NCBI RefSeq assembly: GCF_003704095.1
Contig: NW_020844150.1
Coordinates: 62,001-126,000, forward strand
Length of the DNA: 64,000 nt
Source of the DNA: Pocillopora damicornis
Lineage: Eukaryota
Direction: 5' to 3'
Shown: positions 37,601 through 52,107 of the stretch, piece by piece
Numbering within the stretch: the stretch's first letter is position 1
Layout of the letters: each line of letters starts with the position of its first letter
Notes under the pieces: generated by a model
What the model was told of the DNA's origin: nothing
Database searches by the model: none
What the model saw: the letters and a program-made list of their open reading frames with translations, nothing else
Made by a program: the position numbers and the translations under genes

Positions 37601-39768
37601 CTCTGTCAGGGCCTCAGACTCCGACGATGCCCCCCTCAGAGGATCCTTGCTCACCCAATCCTTGTTGGAATGGTGGTACCTGCAACAACAACTCCAATCC
37701 TTATACCTGCAGTTGTGTGTTTGGATACTCTGGCGCCAACTGTGATATAAACAGTTATGAAGGTAAAAACCTTAAGGTTAATATGCATTCAAAAAAGTTT
37801 AGATAGATAGATAGATAGATAGATAGATATATTTCGCCAGAAAGTATTCAAAATATTTATACATGAATAACCTGATAAAATTTTTCCTGTTAGGTTCTTT
37901 TGAAAACTTAGGGCTTATGACTATCAGCTTTCCCCTCCCCCCTCCCCTCCCCTTAATAAGACTAAAATTACAGGAATCATGTGTGGACTATTATTAACGG
38001 AACATAGTGAATATAAAAAAGACAAATAACGATAATAATAATGATCAGAAACACTGAGCACATTCTAAAAAACAAACGAAAAACACAGAAAATTGTGACT
38101 ACTTGAGGAGAATTGAGAAAGCAAAAGTGCTTTTAGTCTATATCTAAAAAGAGAGACAGTAGGGGCATTTGTTCTCTTAAATCTTATGGCAAACCATCCA
38201 GTATCTTTTACATGTCACTGCTTCTATATGCCATTTATTTATTCATCTATTTATTGAAAGAGTTCTACTTTGATTTGTCATTAGTTCCTATAGTTATGTT
38301 TAATGAGAAGTTCCGATTTATGATTTTGCGCTTTCGAGATTACTTTGGATTTGTTGTTACATCTTGTACAGCTACTTGCGTGGCTTGGCCTGTTTGCTCA
38401 TATTTTAGTATCTGACTTTTTGAAAAATAATTTAGATTGTGCTAGTGCCTTGGGCATGCAGAGTGGCGCAATCCCAAATATCAGTGTAACTGCAAGTTCG
38501 ACTTGGAATTCTTACACCAGTGCAAGCTTGGCCAGGCTGAACCTAACAGGGCAAGGGAACTACAGCGGAGGTTGGGTCGCTGGTTTCTTATCTGTCTTTG
38601 AGCATTTGCAAATTGTTTTCGATACAACCGACACTGTTCTGACAGCTATAGCGACACAAGGGAGAGAAGACGCCGATCAGTGGGTCAAAAAATACTATTT
38701 AAAATACAGGAATTCGAATTGGCGCAACTACAAAGACAAACAAGGAATTACATATACTGTGAGTATGATATATACAAGCTTCTTTGAGCGTTATAACTCT
38801 TTAAAGTGGCACAGATGTGTTAACGCTTCTAGAAAAAGTCATATGTTTTTTGTGAGTCCTCTAGAGGGTTGGAGTAGACTTAAATTTGAGCGAGTAATTT
38901 ATTACTCATTGAAAACGTGACTGTTCAAAGACTTAGCTGCTCGTGCAAAGACTTGATTGATGACTTAAAGAGAATAGTTGATTGCTGATGAAAAAACTTC
39001 AACTTTGAATTGTTTTAGGTTTGTTTGAACTCGGATTGATAGCAGTTAGCAATGAATCTTAATGCAAAGAAAAAGTGAGGTAATTAAAAGCAAGATAATG
39101 TTTAACAGAAAAACTTAAATGTCGAAATTGACATTTGAGGGTAAATTTGAATGCTGATAATACTTGAATGTCGAAAATAGCAGCTGGATTTTGTATATGT
39201 TTAAAAAGGAAACTTGAATGTTAAAAATAACTTGAATTTGACGGGAAAATTAACGGCATATTGAATAGTGCAAATTGGACTTCAATGGCAGAAACAAACA
39301 CAATTCAGAGATTGAGTGAGGCATTTTTTAGCGGTGGACTATAACTTTTTATCGTGTTTCATAGGAATCTTTTATAATTTTCATTTTTTTTATGATCATA
39401 GCTTTATATATTATTACTATCATCAACATCATCTTTACAGTTTACAATCAAAAAAACAAAAAGATTTGTTCCTCCTGGCTTGTTAGCAAAGCTCGCAGAG
39501 CCTAAGTAATTTTCGGGCTTTATTCAGTGTTCACTCATGGAAAAATCACTCACATATCACAGAAGTAGCGGAAGTAGTAGTACCAGAAGCGGCACTAGTA
39601 GTAACAGTAGTAACAGTAGTAATAGTAGTAGTAATAGTAGTAGTAGTAGTAATAGTAGTAGTAGTAGTNNNNNNNNNNNNNNNNNNNNNNNNNNNNNNNN
39701 NNNNNNNNNNNNNNNNNNNNNNNNNNNNNNNNNNNNNNNNNNNNNNNNNNNNNNNNNNNNNNNNNNNN

Positions 39769-39804
<36 letters not shown>

Positions 39805-42800
39805 TAGTAGTTTTGGTAGTAGTAGAAGTANNNNNNNNNNNNNNNNNNNNNNNNNNNNNNNNNNNNNNNNNNNNNNNNNNNNNNNNNNNNNNNNNNNNNN
39901 NNNNNNNNNNNNNNNNNNNNNNNNNNNNNNNNNNNNNNNNNNNNNNNNNNNNNNNNNNNNNNNNNNNNNNNNNNNNNNNNNNNNNNNNNNNNNNNNNNNN
40001 NTAATAGTAGTAGTTGTTGTAGTAGAAGAAGTAGTGAGTGTAATAATAGCAGAAGTAGTAGCAGTAATAGTACTGTTAAGAAGTGCCACTTCATTGTCTT
40101 AAGTGTCAACGTCTTTCACGTATCAATAGTTCTGTTTTCTTTTCTTGTTATATTTTACCAATTTTAGGTGTTCCAAGGAAATACAGATCGTAATGGTATT
40201 GTCAGACACGAATTGAGCCCCATTATCAGAGCATCTAAAATTCGCTTTGAAGTGCTGGCGTGGCACAACAATATTGCAATGAGAGTGGAGTTATATGGTT
40301 GCAGTGGTAATTAAAGATTCAAGCATTTTTTCTATTTGTCTTCATCAAGAACGATCAACAGTTGCTAGTTTCCAATTCAAACCTGAAGCTTTGGATGAAA
40401 GCTACTTGAATGATGCACAACATCTAAACCTTTTTTTAAAATTTATTTTAAGACTAATTATTTAGTATATGATGCACAGCGTGATATGAATTAAAAAAAA
40501 AAAGAAAGACTCACTGTACTAAAGTCACAAACCTATTAACTTACACACTGACTCACCAACTCTCTTACTCACTAAGTCACTGACACACTAACTCACTGAC
40601 TCAGTGACTCACTAAATCACTAACTCGCCGACTCACTGACTCACTAACTAACTGACTCACTGACTCACTAACTAACTGACTCACTGACTCCCTAACTCAC
40701 TGTCTCATCGACCCACTGAATCACCGACCGGCGGACTCTTCAACTAACTTACTGACCGACTGACCCACGGACTCACTGACTTACTGACTTCGACTTACTG
40801 ACCCAGAGAATGATTGAGTGGCTCATAGGCAAATAGAGAGAAAAACCGGCTGATCGATTGACAGAATCTTTGATCATTAGTGACTGACTTACTGAACAAT
40901 TCTAGCTGGCTGACTGACAAGCTGACTATGTACCTGCTCCGCCGTGTTCATCATTGACAATATTTCAAATATTCTTGTGCGTTTGTGATAACAACTTTTA
41001 AAACTGTTGGTGATTGGTATTTTCTTTATTTTCATGGCTTACCACTAACGAATTTTATTCATGTTGTACAGATCCCTGTTCGAGCAATCCATGCCTGAAT
41101 AATGGCACCTGCACCAGTGATCCCAGTGGCTCCTACACTTGTGCATGTCCACCGATGTACACTGATTCTCTGTGTGCCACTTTGGAGGGTAGGGCCGAAG
41201 ATTTAAGGGTACAATGGAGTAGACAGTACAATTTTCTCAACGTCAATTTAACATAAACTTATAGTAGGAAGTAATAGTAACCCTCTGCAGCCCTTTGGTC
41301 TCTTGTTAGATATTTTGATATGTCAAACCGTTTTCTAAGAGTTTTTCACCATTCCTGCCATTGCTAATCCAGGTACCAGGGAGTTGCAATGAATTTTACA
41401 TACCTCATCTTTTATATATATGCATACACCCATACATACATACACACATACATTCATGCATACATATAACAACCACACACAATGTCAACACATTTGAGAG
41501 GGCAAAAGGAAACTAAACATGTCGATATCATGACAACATTGCAAATTGGTTACTTCTTGTTGAGCTCTCGATGGCTTTAGTTCTCTAGGGAAGATTTAAC
41601 GTCGGTATTCTTTCGTGTTTGTATGTTATACAGACTTTTGTTTATCAAACCCCTGTCAAAACGGCGGAAACTGCAGTAATACGCAAGATGGCTTCAAGTG
41701 TACATGCCTCATGTGGTACACCGGGAACGACTGTAGCACAAAACGTAATTACATTTCTTGTTTACCAATATATCGCTTATAGCAATCATCAGTTGCTCTT
41801 TGGCATTACAATGATAAAAGAGTTCTAGCAAGGTTCCTCAATGAATGAACGAACTAACGAGGGGACAGGCAAATGAATAAATTGAACAAACAGGGATAAG
41901 TAGATCAGACAGACAGAATGGCAGGTTGAAAGAACCCCTGCCTCGCAGTGACTGACCGCCAAACAGATCAGCTTATCAAGATTGATAGCCTAGCAGACCG
42001 ATAGACTCTGAGGAAGTGCTAACGCTCCAAACTTTAACTTTGAAACTCTTAACGGCGGCCAATTTGCGTTATCAACTCATTTGATAATACCAAATTACCT
42101 TGTTAAACTGTATGTCAGACTGACACCCCTACTTTCTGACCAAATGACACACTGACCGACTCACACACTAAAAATGTGACAGACGGACAGACTGACAAAG
42201 GAACTGAAGGATAGATCGACTGACTGACAGGTCAACAGACGGTTAGAAATCTCGTACATGAGAATTAATTGTGGGGCACAAAATTTTTGACTTGCTGAGT
42301 AATGAGTGTTTCGTTAAAAAAAAGTCATCACCCGACATTTGACAAAAAAACATTTAAAGATCTTTGTAGCTTTTTATGACGTACTTTTACTCTGATATTC
42401 AATCAGAACATTTTTTTTCTAACAACAGAGTGTCACGGGCCTCTTGGGATGCAAAGTGGTGCAATACGAGACCATCAGCTTATTGCATCCTCGGAAAAAG
42501 ACAATTCTTCTAGCGTTCGCTATGCAAGACTGCACTACGAGAACAAAAAGAAGCCAAAGTCTTGGGTACCTTTACTGGACCATAGAGATCAATGGTTGCA
42601 GGTTAATTTGGGGAACGAGCTGACCTGGGTCACTGGTGTAGCTACCCAAGGAAAACAGGGTAAAAGAGGAGCATGGGTCAAAAATTTCCTGCTGAGGTAC
42701 TGGGGAGCTGGAGTACGAGCGCAGTTATACAAGGGTCATGGGGATATCCACTCCAAGGTGAGTGAAATAGAGAATAATCCATGGGCGAGGGTATAAAATT

Positions 42801-45800
42801 GCTCTTCAAGTATTCAATGTTCAAGGATTGCTGTGCTCACCTGTTGAAAAAAATTTTAACACTCGACGAAAAGTCGATACCTACAGGTAACTGTGTATTA
42901 TTTTGTTTATTATGTAAGCAGGACCTTGGATTGATAATGTTGAACGCTTTACCATTCATTCATCAATCTGACAGAGAGGTGCAAAGGGCACACGTGGGCT
43001 GTTTCGGCTTTTCTCAGGAATAAGAAACCTTAAAAAAAAAGAACAAAAAAAAAGGGAAATATAAAACAACAACAACAACAACACCCTGAATGTTTTTTAT
43101 GAAGTCTTAGAAATGCCAGGATTCGCTTAATTCCTTGAGATAAGCTCAGGTGTATTGTCGTGATTTAAAAAAAGTATAAATGGAATGTGGTTAAAACGAA
43201 AGGCTCAAAATTGTGTTTAGTTTCTTCAGCTTGCACTTAAGCTTTAATTTTACTAAGTTCATCGTTCATCATCACCGTAACTGTGATAAATATTATTCAA
43301 TACCTCAGATCCGATGAAGAGGGTTCAGGATATGCTCTAAGATGGAGTGTCCCATCCTCCATCTAAACGGTGGCGAGTGACTGATTCGTCGCTTTTTACA
43401 GTTTAAATTTTCTTTTATTAAGCCTCTTATCAATCTTTCACAGATTACCTTCTTTCCAATTTCAGTTATTTGTTGCAAATACAGACAGTAGCAGCGTTTC
43501 CCGTCATGAACTGGAGCCACCAGTCAGAGCGAGTTTCTTTCGCTTCTATACAAGGCAGTGGCACAATAACATAGCATTGAGGATAGAGCTCTATGGATGT
43601 AGAGGTAATAAAGAATTTTTAGATAAAACACAATCAGTATAACATCTGAAAGCAATTAAAAGCAAATTTCGGATATGAATGGAAAGAATCCATCTTCCAG
43701 CGATCTCTCAAAAATACTTGAGTCTGATTGACAACTGTGCCTGCAAGAATAGCCTTAAGCGGTTGAAAACGAATTACAATGAAAATCATGATTCTCTCTT
43801 GTTACAAGGTTCTGTATATCCATTGGATTTATACTGAAACAATTATATTATTTGCTCTGGATTTAAACTCACAATCGTCTATTCCGTGGTCGTCAACAAT
43901 ATAACAATTAGATCGTAATCACGAAATTTCTTTCGTGTGATATTTGACGAGGGTGAAGCCCGAATCAATTTTCATTCATGGAAATCGAGATCGAATATTC
44001 TTAACGCTTTCGCATGAATCTAGTAATCATTCAAACTTGTTATTTAATTTATAACCGTTCTCATTTAGGCTTCTTTACATAACTCGCCATTTATCATGGA
44101 TGGTGAGCAGAAAAGGGGTACACAAACCTTAGATGCTTAACATAGTCACCGACAGTAATATTCTTGCGAATCTTTCTACTGAGCAACGCTTTGCTGCCAG
44201 ACGCACACTTAACTCTCTCCTCAGTTATTTTTCAAACTTTTTAATTATCTTTTAAAATGTCTTTAGATTCGTGTTTGGCACATCCCTGTCGGAATGGTGG
44301 AACCTGTAACCGTAACTTGAGAACCGGAGGTTACACTTGCAGTTGTCCTTCCACATACAATGGTGATAGATGTGAGATTGGTAAGAGACTTCTCCAGTTT
44401 CAATGAAAACTCGGCATGTTCAGGTTGAATCCAGATCATACCCTCTTTTTCCATTTCATAACAGGTGATGTATGCACACTTAGTCGGCCGTGTTTAAATG
44501 GAGGTACCTGTTTATTCCTTGATTACTGGCCGTACTTCAGATGCAGTTGTCCAGCTGGATACCTGGGCCATGATTGCTGGCATCAAATTCGTAAGGAACT
44601 TCATTATGTCCCTCTTTAGACCTCTAACAAATACATAGACCGAGAATTAAAGAAACAGATAAAAGATGAAGTAATCATGTGATTACATCATCAAACAAAC
44701 AAACAAAAAAGCAAGAACACAGATGGAGGAATAAACTAATGAATTTACAGGCTGATGGACAGACTGAAACAACAGAATGAAAGGTTGCCAGAAAGGAAGA
44801 AAGAGGGAAACATCAATACTGAATGATATAATGAACGAAAATGAAAGGTTGAAAGAGTCACAGAAGGGAAGATTGACCGAATGACAGAATAGCAGAATGA
44901 TATGATGAAAGAGAAAAAGTATTAAAAAAAATTGTTGAATGAGAGAATGACAAGGTGATGGAGTGATAGAAAAAAAAAGCGATAGGCTGACAGCATATCG
45001 AAATAAGAGAATGACAGAATGACTCCATTGACTTACCAGTAAACTAATAACAATGTTTAGACTAGCAGAACTAAAACAGTTAGAAAGTAAGTTTTCAGAT
45101 TAAATATTCTTCTCCTTATCAACAGCTGATCAGTGTTCCCCTACTCCTTGTTTCAACGGAGGAACTTGTGGATACATCAATGAATGGCCGTATTTTGAGT
45201 GCGAATGTCCATTGTCGTACTTAAGTTATAATTGTGGATCCCAGTCAGGTACTATGGTCATTGATGTTATTAGAGGGTGGGATGATGTAGAAGGAGGTGA
45301 CGAGCACAACGCCTCGTTTTCAAAAGGTCCAATCGCTCGGCATCGAGGCTGTGTATCTTACGAAACGTAAAGGAAATGAAGAAGTGACCTCTTGGTTTTA
45401 TTATAGGGGCAAATAAGGTGTGTAAAGGAATTAATGGACTCTTCCATGACAGATAAGCAAGCTCACATATTAAAATTAGAGAGATGAATGCTAATAGATA
45501 ATGTTATGAAAATAAATTAAACCAAACACAAAAGAGAACTCAATTGAAAGTACAATCAGTCATTAGGACACTCTTTAAAAGGTGTTTTTTTGGTGGTAGA
45601 AGCAGGAATAACGAGATGCATGCGAAGTGCCGCGCAATCATTTTGGCTCGGGTTCGGTTCACGTATCTGTATTTACATAGGGGCTAAGTTTGGTTCAATT
45701 GTCATCCATATTCTGGGGGTTTTTCAGAGGTTATTTTAGTTTTCCTCCTTCAACAAAGACAACTTTCCAGATCTTAAATTCACTTGATGCACTAGGTCGG

Positions 45801-48800
45801 ACGTATATCAAGTTTTTCCCTCTGAATTTGACTTTTTTCAGACTTTTTTCATTTTTTTATCTATTCTACAGGTGACCCGTGTTCACCCGAGCCCTGTCTG
45901 AATGGAGGAACTTGTACAGCGGAGAGTAACCCGCTGGGTTTTGAATGCAGCTGCCCTTCAGGGTATATTGGATTTAACTGCGGCGTCGAGCAAGGTATAA
46001 GAAATGCACCAAAAGTGCAATCAATAATTGTGCCAAAGACTCAGTGATTTCATAAATCCTTTAATTGAAGTCCGTTCATCCGTTTGTTTATACGTAAACT
46101 ATTCTGCCCATTTCTTTATATATCAACCAGTCATAAAGTTGCATCAATTTATCAAGTTTATTTTCTTCTTTGTAGGCCTTATTTGAATGAGAACTTAACT
46201 ATTTAGCAGTCTCTCATGGAAGTCAGAGCTATGTATTTATATTGCAAGGTATTGAATATATTTGCATTTTTCTAAGTCAAAGTTCCTCATCAGGTGACCG
46301 ATGCTCGGACAACCCCTGCAACAATGACGGGATGTGCACAGCGGAGAACAACCTTCTTGGATACAGTTGCAACTGCTCTTCAGAATTTGTCGGTTTTGAT
46401 TGCTCTCTTCTGAAAGGTGTTATCGTGTTTACCAGAATAATTGATAACTTTACTTTTTAGACAACGTGAGCATAATATTTACGAAACAACATCATCCCAT
46501 GACGTGTCATAGTTTTGAGTGCTGGTTCGTAATGATGTGTATTTCACAGAGATGTACGCGTACACTTTATGTCCATAGAATCTCTAAATATTTTATGAGA
46601 AAATATTATGGGTGAAACAGAGAATTTTTAAAGACTTTGTGAGTGTTATATTTATGTCGCATAGAAATTATGCTTGTCTGCCATTATCGTGATTAACAAG
46701 TTTACGGAACGAGCTCAACTCATTTCCTACTTTCTAAGCTGTCTTTAGGTTTTGAAACCCAAAAGATAGAAATTTCGAACTTTTAGGTTAGGCATCATTA
46801 TCAAAGATCATTTTTAAGCTGCAGCACGTTTCAAAAGTTTAAGAGCTTTGCTTTGGGTATATCTCTCAATAGATGATCCCTGTCTCCCCAATCCATGTAA
46901 AAATGATGGTAATTGTACAAGGACAGCTGACCTGAAGGATTTCACCTGCAATTGTACCTCAGAATACACCGGTGATACATGTGAGAATAGGATAGGTAGG
47001 ACAGCTTCTAAAAAGTTTAAACGCAAAGTTGTTGTCGTTGTTGTTAAGCTTAATGAACGTAAGAAAGAGGAGAATTCGAGCCTCCTTAGATTAATGGAAT
47101 TTTAGACCTCGAGATATGGCGTTCTATTACCCAACCGCCGAGATAGTTCAGAATACTCTATATTGAGCTAAGCATGAGTAGCATGGAGTATACTGCTACG
47201 ATCAGAAATTTTACAAGCGTCTTGAGCGTGGATAGATAGAGGAGGAAAAGGAGTGGTTTGGCTAACCAACGACTTCTCTTTTGCTCAGTGGTTCAGCATC
47301 ATACCGTGAAATCTTCATTTCTGCGGCCAGCGATATCCCACGGGTCTCCGGTTTACTCTATGCTATACCAAGCACCCATAAGTAATATACTCCTTTTATT
47401 ACCGAGATCAAACGTTTTCGGCGTCAATTTATTTTGGAAGTGGCTGGTCCTTTCATGAAAATGTACTCTTGTCGCATTAAATTAACTTCTTAAATCTTTC
47501 TGGCATTTTCAAGTTCACGGCAACTGGAGCGACTGGAATGAATGGCCCAACTGTAACAAGCCCTGTAATGGCGGATCTAAAACAAGAAAACGCAGATGTG
47601 ATAACCCAGCACCAGCTTTTGGAGGGAAAAACTGCGAAGGTTTACCCACAGAAACGGAGAGCTGTAATTTGGCAAGTTGTCCAGGTTCGGTGTTGCTTGT
47701 ACGATGTGTAGGTTTACTTTCTATGACTTTAATTCTTCGATCGAGATATTCGGTAACCTTTCAAGGTCCATTTATATGACAAAAAATATTAATGCATCTG
47801 CCAATAACTATTTTTTTTCGATTTTCAGCTGAAATGATAAACTACAAACTCAAGTTAAAAAGTAGAGACTGGAACAGCAATCTAGCTAGTGTGGAAACTG
47901 AAGATTACATGGACCTTGAAGATACAATTAAGAAAGAGGTCATTTGTGTTACGACAATTTTAGTCTGTTACACGATTTATGTAAGCATAATTGCCAGTGC
48001 ATTTTACTGACGGGGCGGCACTGATGCCGGTTTTTGGGCAGTCAAATTGTAAAAAAATCTCAAAATTGGTTCATGTGTAACGCGCGTATACAAGGAGTAT
48101 GGATGCATGAAGGAAGTTTTGAGCACAAGAAAGAAGCGTAAGAATTGCTCGAGGCGCAGCAGGAAATAGGGTTAAGGATGAGAGAATCAGGCCACAGAGT
48201 ACGGGCTTTGGGATGCGAAATACGAGAAACGAGGCACGGGACTCTGGATGCGGGGTTAGGGATTTGCTAAGGGTTGGAGTTAAGATTTTTCTAGTTTTGA
48301 ATTTGGCTAAGTTTAGTTCGAGATTAATTTCCTTATTAACGTTTTGCTTTTCTGTTTGTTTGTTTGTTTGTTGGTTTTTTTTTTGTCGTTCTCTCTAGGT
48401 AATCAATTTTTATAACAAAAGAGATGAAGATGTTACAGTGGTGGTTTTAGAGTTCAGGTACGTTATGTAAGTTATGTTTAGGATTCATTAGAAACATGAC
48501 AAGTTTTAGAGAGTACCAGCCTGACTTAATGGTGGAGTGTAACTTATGATAGACTAGCATCCACTTTGTGAGAAGCAAAAATATACCTGCGGTAGTTTCA
48601 TGCAAGTCATGTATGAGGCTTTAAACCTCATTATTACACGATGAAGCGCACTAAACAATATAACATCATGTTATCAACGATTTGTATTCGGAAATGATGG
48701 CTTTAATTCGTCTTCATTTTCAGACCAGGAAGTGTTATTTCTAGTTTTAACGTTACCTACCCTGGAATAGACTCGTTACAGATCGTTTCTCTTCAAGAAG

Positions 48801-51800
48801 AAATAGCGGGAGGTGCATTGGGCGAAACTTCAGCTGAGTTGCTTAACATCACAGCCTCGAATGGTACGTAAGCAAAGTAATTCTCAACTGATGAGTATAA
48901 ATAGCATTGCCGGATTGCGCTGCTTCTTCTGTGATACCCTCCATCATTAGCTTGAGAAGCTAGTACCCTTCGGGCATTTTGCTAGTTTTGGCTCTGAGCT
49001 CACTGCATTGTTCCACTGCGAGACTATATTTTGTTCTACTAAGCCTTCGTAATTTCTTTGGATTTTGACGACTTCCAATCAAGGACGACTCTGATTTGGC
49101 CTATAGTTCTTTTCTCACGCCTTTGGCTTATCGTTGACAAAGATGTAAGATATAAATATTTCTTAAAATGTCTAGAGACGTTAGCTGTAACTATCTCTGA
49201 GAGCTGGCGCTTAATATACCAAAGACTTCTGGAAAAAATGAAAAAAATCCAAAATTTTGCAAAATACGTGTGGCTCATCGATGATTCTTCCTCTTCGCAA
49301 TTGCGTAGTCTTTAATGAAAATGTCTTGTTAGGTTTCAATTTTTAAGCTGCCAAAGTGTCTTATAACTTATGTTAAAAAGGAGACGCTAAAGACCTTCAA
49401 ATAATAAAACGACATAGTATATTTACTTCGGCATTGAGTATGTTCCGGGTCCAAGAGGCATTTTAGCCCAAGCCAGTACATAATGGCAAAGATCAACTCA
49501 AAGAGCTGAGGGCCTAAAACATAATTAGGCCGCGTAGATCATAAGCTGTATGGCCATTATTATGAGAACTGAAGAAATTAAAAACGAAACAGTCTGAACA
49601 ATCGTGAGAGCGGGCTAAAATACATTTTAAACCATCAAAATCTCTGCTCAGCACGCATTACGTGATTTGGATAGCTTTGACAGTATTTTTGTTCCGCAGT
49701 ACCGGGAGCTCCGCTCATCACGGAGGCTACTAGTACCACTTCGACGAGCATTGAGTTGGAATGGACTGCTGTCTTCCAGCCACCTTCTGCTCCACTGCTT
49801 GGCTATGTTATAGTGTACAAAGAAATCAATCGAAAATTCCAACCAGATATTATGAAATCATTACCTCCCAATCCCTCAAAAGCAGTGCTTGAGGATTTAA
49901 AAAAGTTTACTAACTACACCATCCGGGTGTATGCTTTTACAAGCAGCGGAAATGGAGTGTCTAGTAAGGCAGTCTCTGTCAGCACTCAGGAGGACGGTGA
50001 GTCTGAAATATGAGGAGAAAATTTTCAGTTTCTGGGCCAGGCCTCTCGCTAGCACGTCAAATAAATCTATAAAAATCAGCTTAGAGAACTGTGTGTTATA
50101 TCAAAATGACCCCCCTGTTGATCCTGTACATCTGCTTGTACGACATTTTTTGTAAAACTATGCAAATGAATGGTAGGTTACTTACTGTCGGAGTTGAAAG
50201 GGTTGCCAAAGTGAGCTGACTTTGTCTGTGATTTCCTTTTTTTCTCCCACCGTGACAAACACCCCAAATTTCAATTTGATTCGGTAAAAATCGAAGTAAG
50301 AGCCACCATATAGGTGTGGCATTGCTGAAATTAAATTATTCAGGTTTGAGGGATCACAACAGTTGCGCAAGAGAGTAGACCATATACAATTCTTTGTCAA
50401 TTACATGACATTGTCCCTTGCTTTATCTCATTTGTAATGCGGATGAGTTAGGTTTTCTTCAACAAGCTGAATACTTTTCTGTTCTTATAACCTTTCTATA
50501 TTGAACTTAGTACTACTTTTTTCTCTACCCAGTGCCAAGTGAACCGCCTCCCAATAGCGTCATTAAATCTACAAGTGAGAATTCAATCCGTGTGTCCTGG
50601 GAACAAATCAGCCAAGTCCATGTGCATGGAGTACTTCTAGGGTACGAGGTGAGATACGCAATAGATGATGGGTCATCGCCTTGGGTGAGCAAGACACTAG
50701 GTGTAGATGAATATGAAATACATTTAAAAGATCTGGAATATTTCACACCATACAAAGTTGTGGTTTGCGCTAGAACATCAAAAGGCTGTGGCGAAGAGTA
50801 TTCTGACATCGCTTATACGTTTGGAGATGGTGAGTTTATGCACTCTTCTATTCACAGTTAACTCTTTTACTTCCAGAAGTTAAAAAATGTCTCCGTGCAC
50901 CATATTTCCATTTAAAGAGTTCTTAGGGAGAAAAAACAATATATGGGGGATATTGACTGATTTAAAAACAGATTATTAGGGCTGACTTATCAAGAAATAT
51001 ATGGAAGACCGTTATAGAGGATTTTTAAAGGCACAGGGTCAAGGATGGCTTATCAAAAATTAGAAATGACAACCTTCTTTAATATCTTCACAAGTTTTCT
51101 TGATAGAGGATGAAGCAGTCATGAACATAGAAATGTGATGAAGGACGGTTAGCGTAGGCTTTATAGCTGCGCGGAAGAATAACGCGGAAGAATATCGTGA
51201 TGCATAATATTTTTAAGATTTGAAATTGGTTGAGTGCTTCCGAGCCAGCTAGATTTTCAGAAGAAGTCTGGCATATTTCAGCAGTCTTTCGCTAAGGCTC
51301 TGAAATCTTATCAATCAATCTATGGTTTTATCAGGAGCTTTTTTTTCTTAGTACCTAGCAAGCCTCCTCAAAGCGTAGCTGCTGAAAGACTAAAAGCTGC
51401 AGAATTCATTAAAGTCACCTGGAGTCCTGTGCCTTTTGGTTATGTCGGTGGTCTTCTCATGGGGTATTCCATAAACTATCGAAGAATTGTAACAGCTGAA
51501 AAGGAAGTTCTTCCATTGGAGGAGGAAACAGCCACAGCAAAATCAACGGATCTCTTCATATTTTTGAAAGTTCAAACCTACTCAATTTACGAAATTAAAG
51601 TGGCGGCGTTCACTCAAAAGGGCATGGGCCCTTATAGCGATTATGTTTATGGTGGTAAGTTTGGTGCGGGAGTGAAATACCAGGAGAAGAGAAAAATGAT
51701 AGCAGCCTCATTGTAAATTGTTTTCAGAACTTTACTTGAAATTTACTGCCAATTAACTGGCAAGAAGGGGGTTCATAAGCATATTTCAGAGTCTTATGGG

Positions 51801-52107
51801 GGGACGAGGTAAATTATATCTTGATACAAAAAAAATTCTCCAACACCCCCCCCCCCCCCCCCCCCCCCCCTAGGAGATAAGTAATGCAGACCACTTCTTT
51901 ATATGGTGTCGTGATTTGGTTCTCTCGACGAGGGAGAGGTGAGTGGGAGGGTAGGACATTAGCATATTGGTGAGTATTGATTTTTGTCCTTCTGCTAAAA
52001 GAAATGGAATTTGTTTTCTTCTTTTTTTCGTCTTTCCTTCTCTTTTAGAAACCTGTCGCTGTCCGAAAATCCTTTACACTAACTACTGGTCAGCTTCTCC
52101 ATATCTA
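34632..52107 (+). CDS. 5' part of adhesion-ectodomain / GluR0-like K+ channel gene: SP, D8C, 9 EGF, 2 F5/8C, TSP1, SEA, 3 FN3 and the start of the S1 exon (ends at a gap)
   Basis: Exons: 34632-34701 ([23 protein letters not shown]), 35863-36243 (uromodulin/GP2-like D8C: WFRVSGEAG...C.A....L...HP...NCGEFYLY), 37092-37178, 37598-37762 EGF, 38436-38758+40168-40306 F5/8C, 41072-41188 and 41634-41744 EGF, 42429-42757+43466-43604 F5/8C, EGFs 44267-44380, 44465-44590, 45126-45248, 45872-45994, 46294-46416, 46873-46995, TSP1 47514-47684, SEA 47829-47938+48399-48457+48724-48863 (FRPGSV), FN3 49700-49996, 50533-50829, 51352-51654, then 52049-52107 [20 protein letters not shown]. All are phase compatible. 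Confidence 0.85.
39560..40080. repeat. (TAG/TAA)n trinucleotide microsatellite with two assembly gaps (39669-39768, 39831-40001)
   Basis: agtagtagt repeats flank the N runs. The tract lies in the intron that splits the first F5/8C domain. Confidence 0.9.
40540..40930. repeat. (ACTC/ACTG)n degenerate tetranucleotide repeat
   Basis: actcactgactcactaact repeats. Confidence 0.8.

Noticed and set aside
39537-40109. Poly-S/V/L/T/Y ORFs
   Set aside because: Produced by the (TAG)n repeat and N gaps inside an intron.
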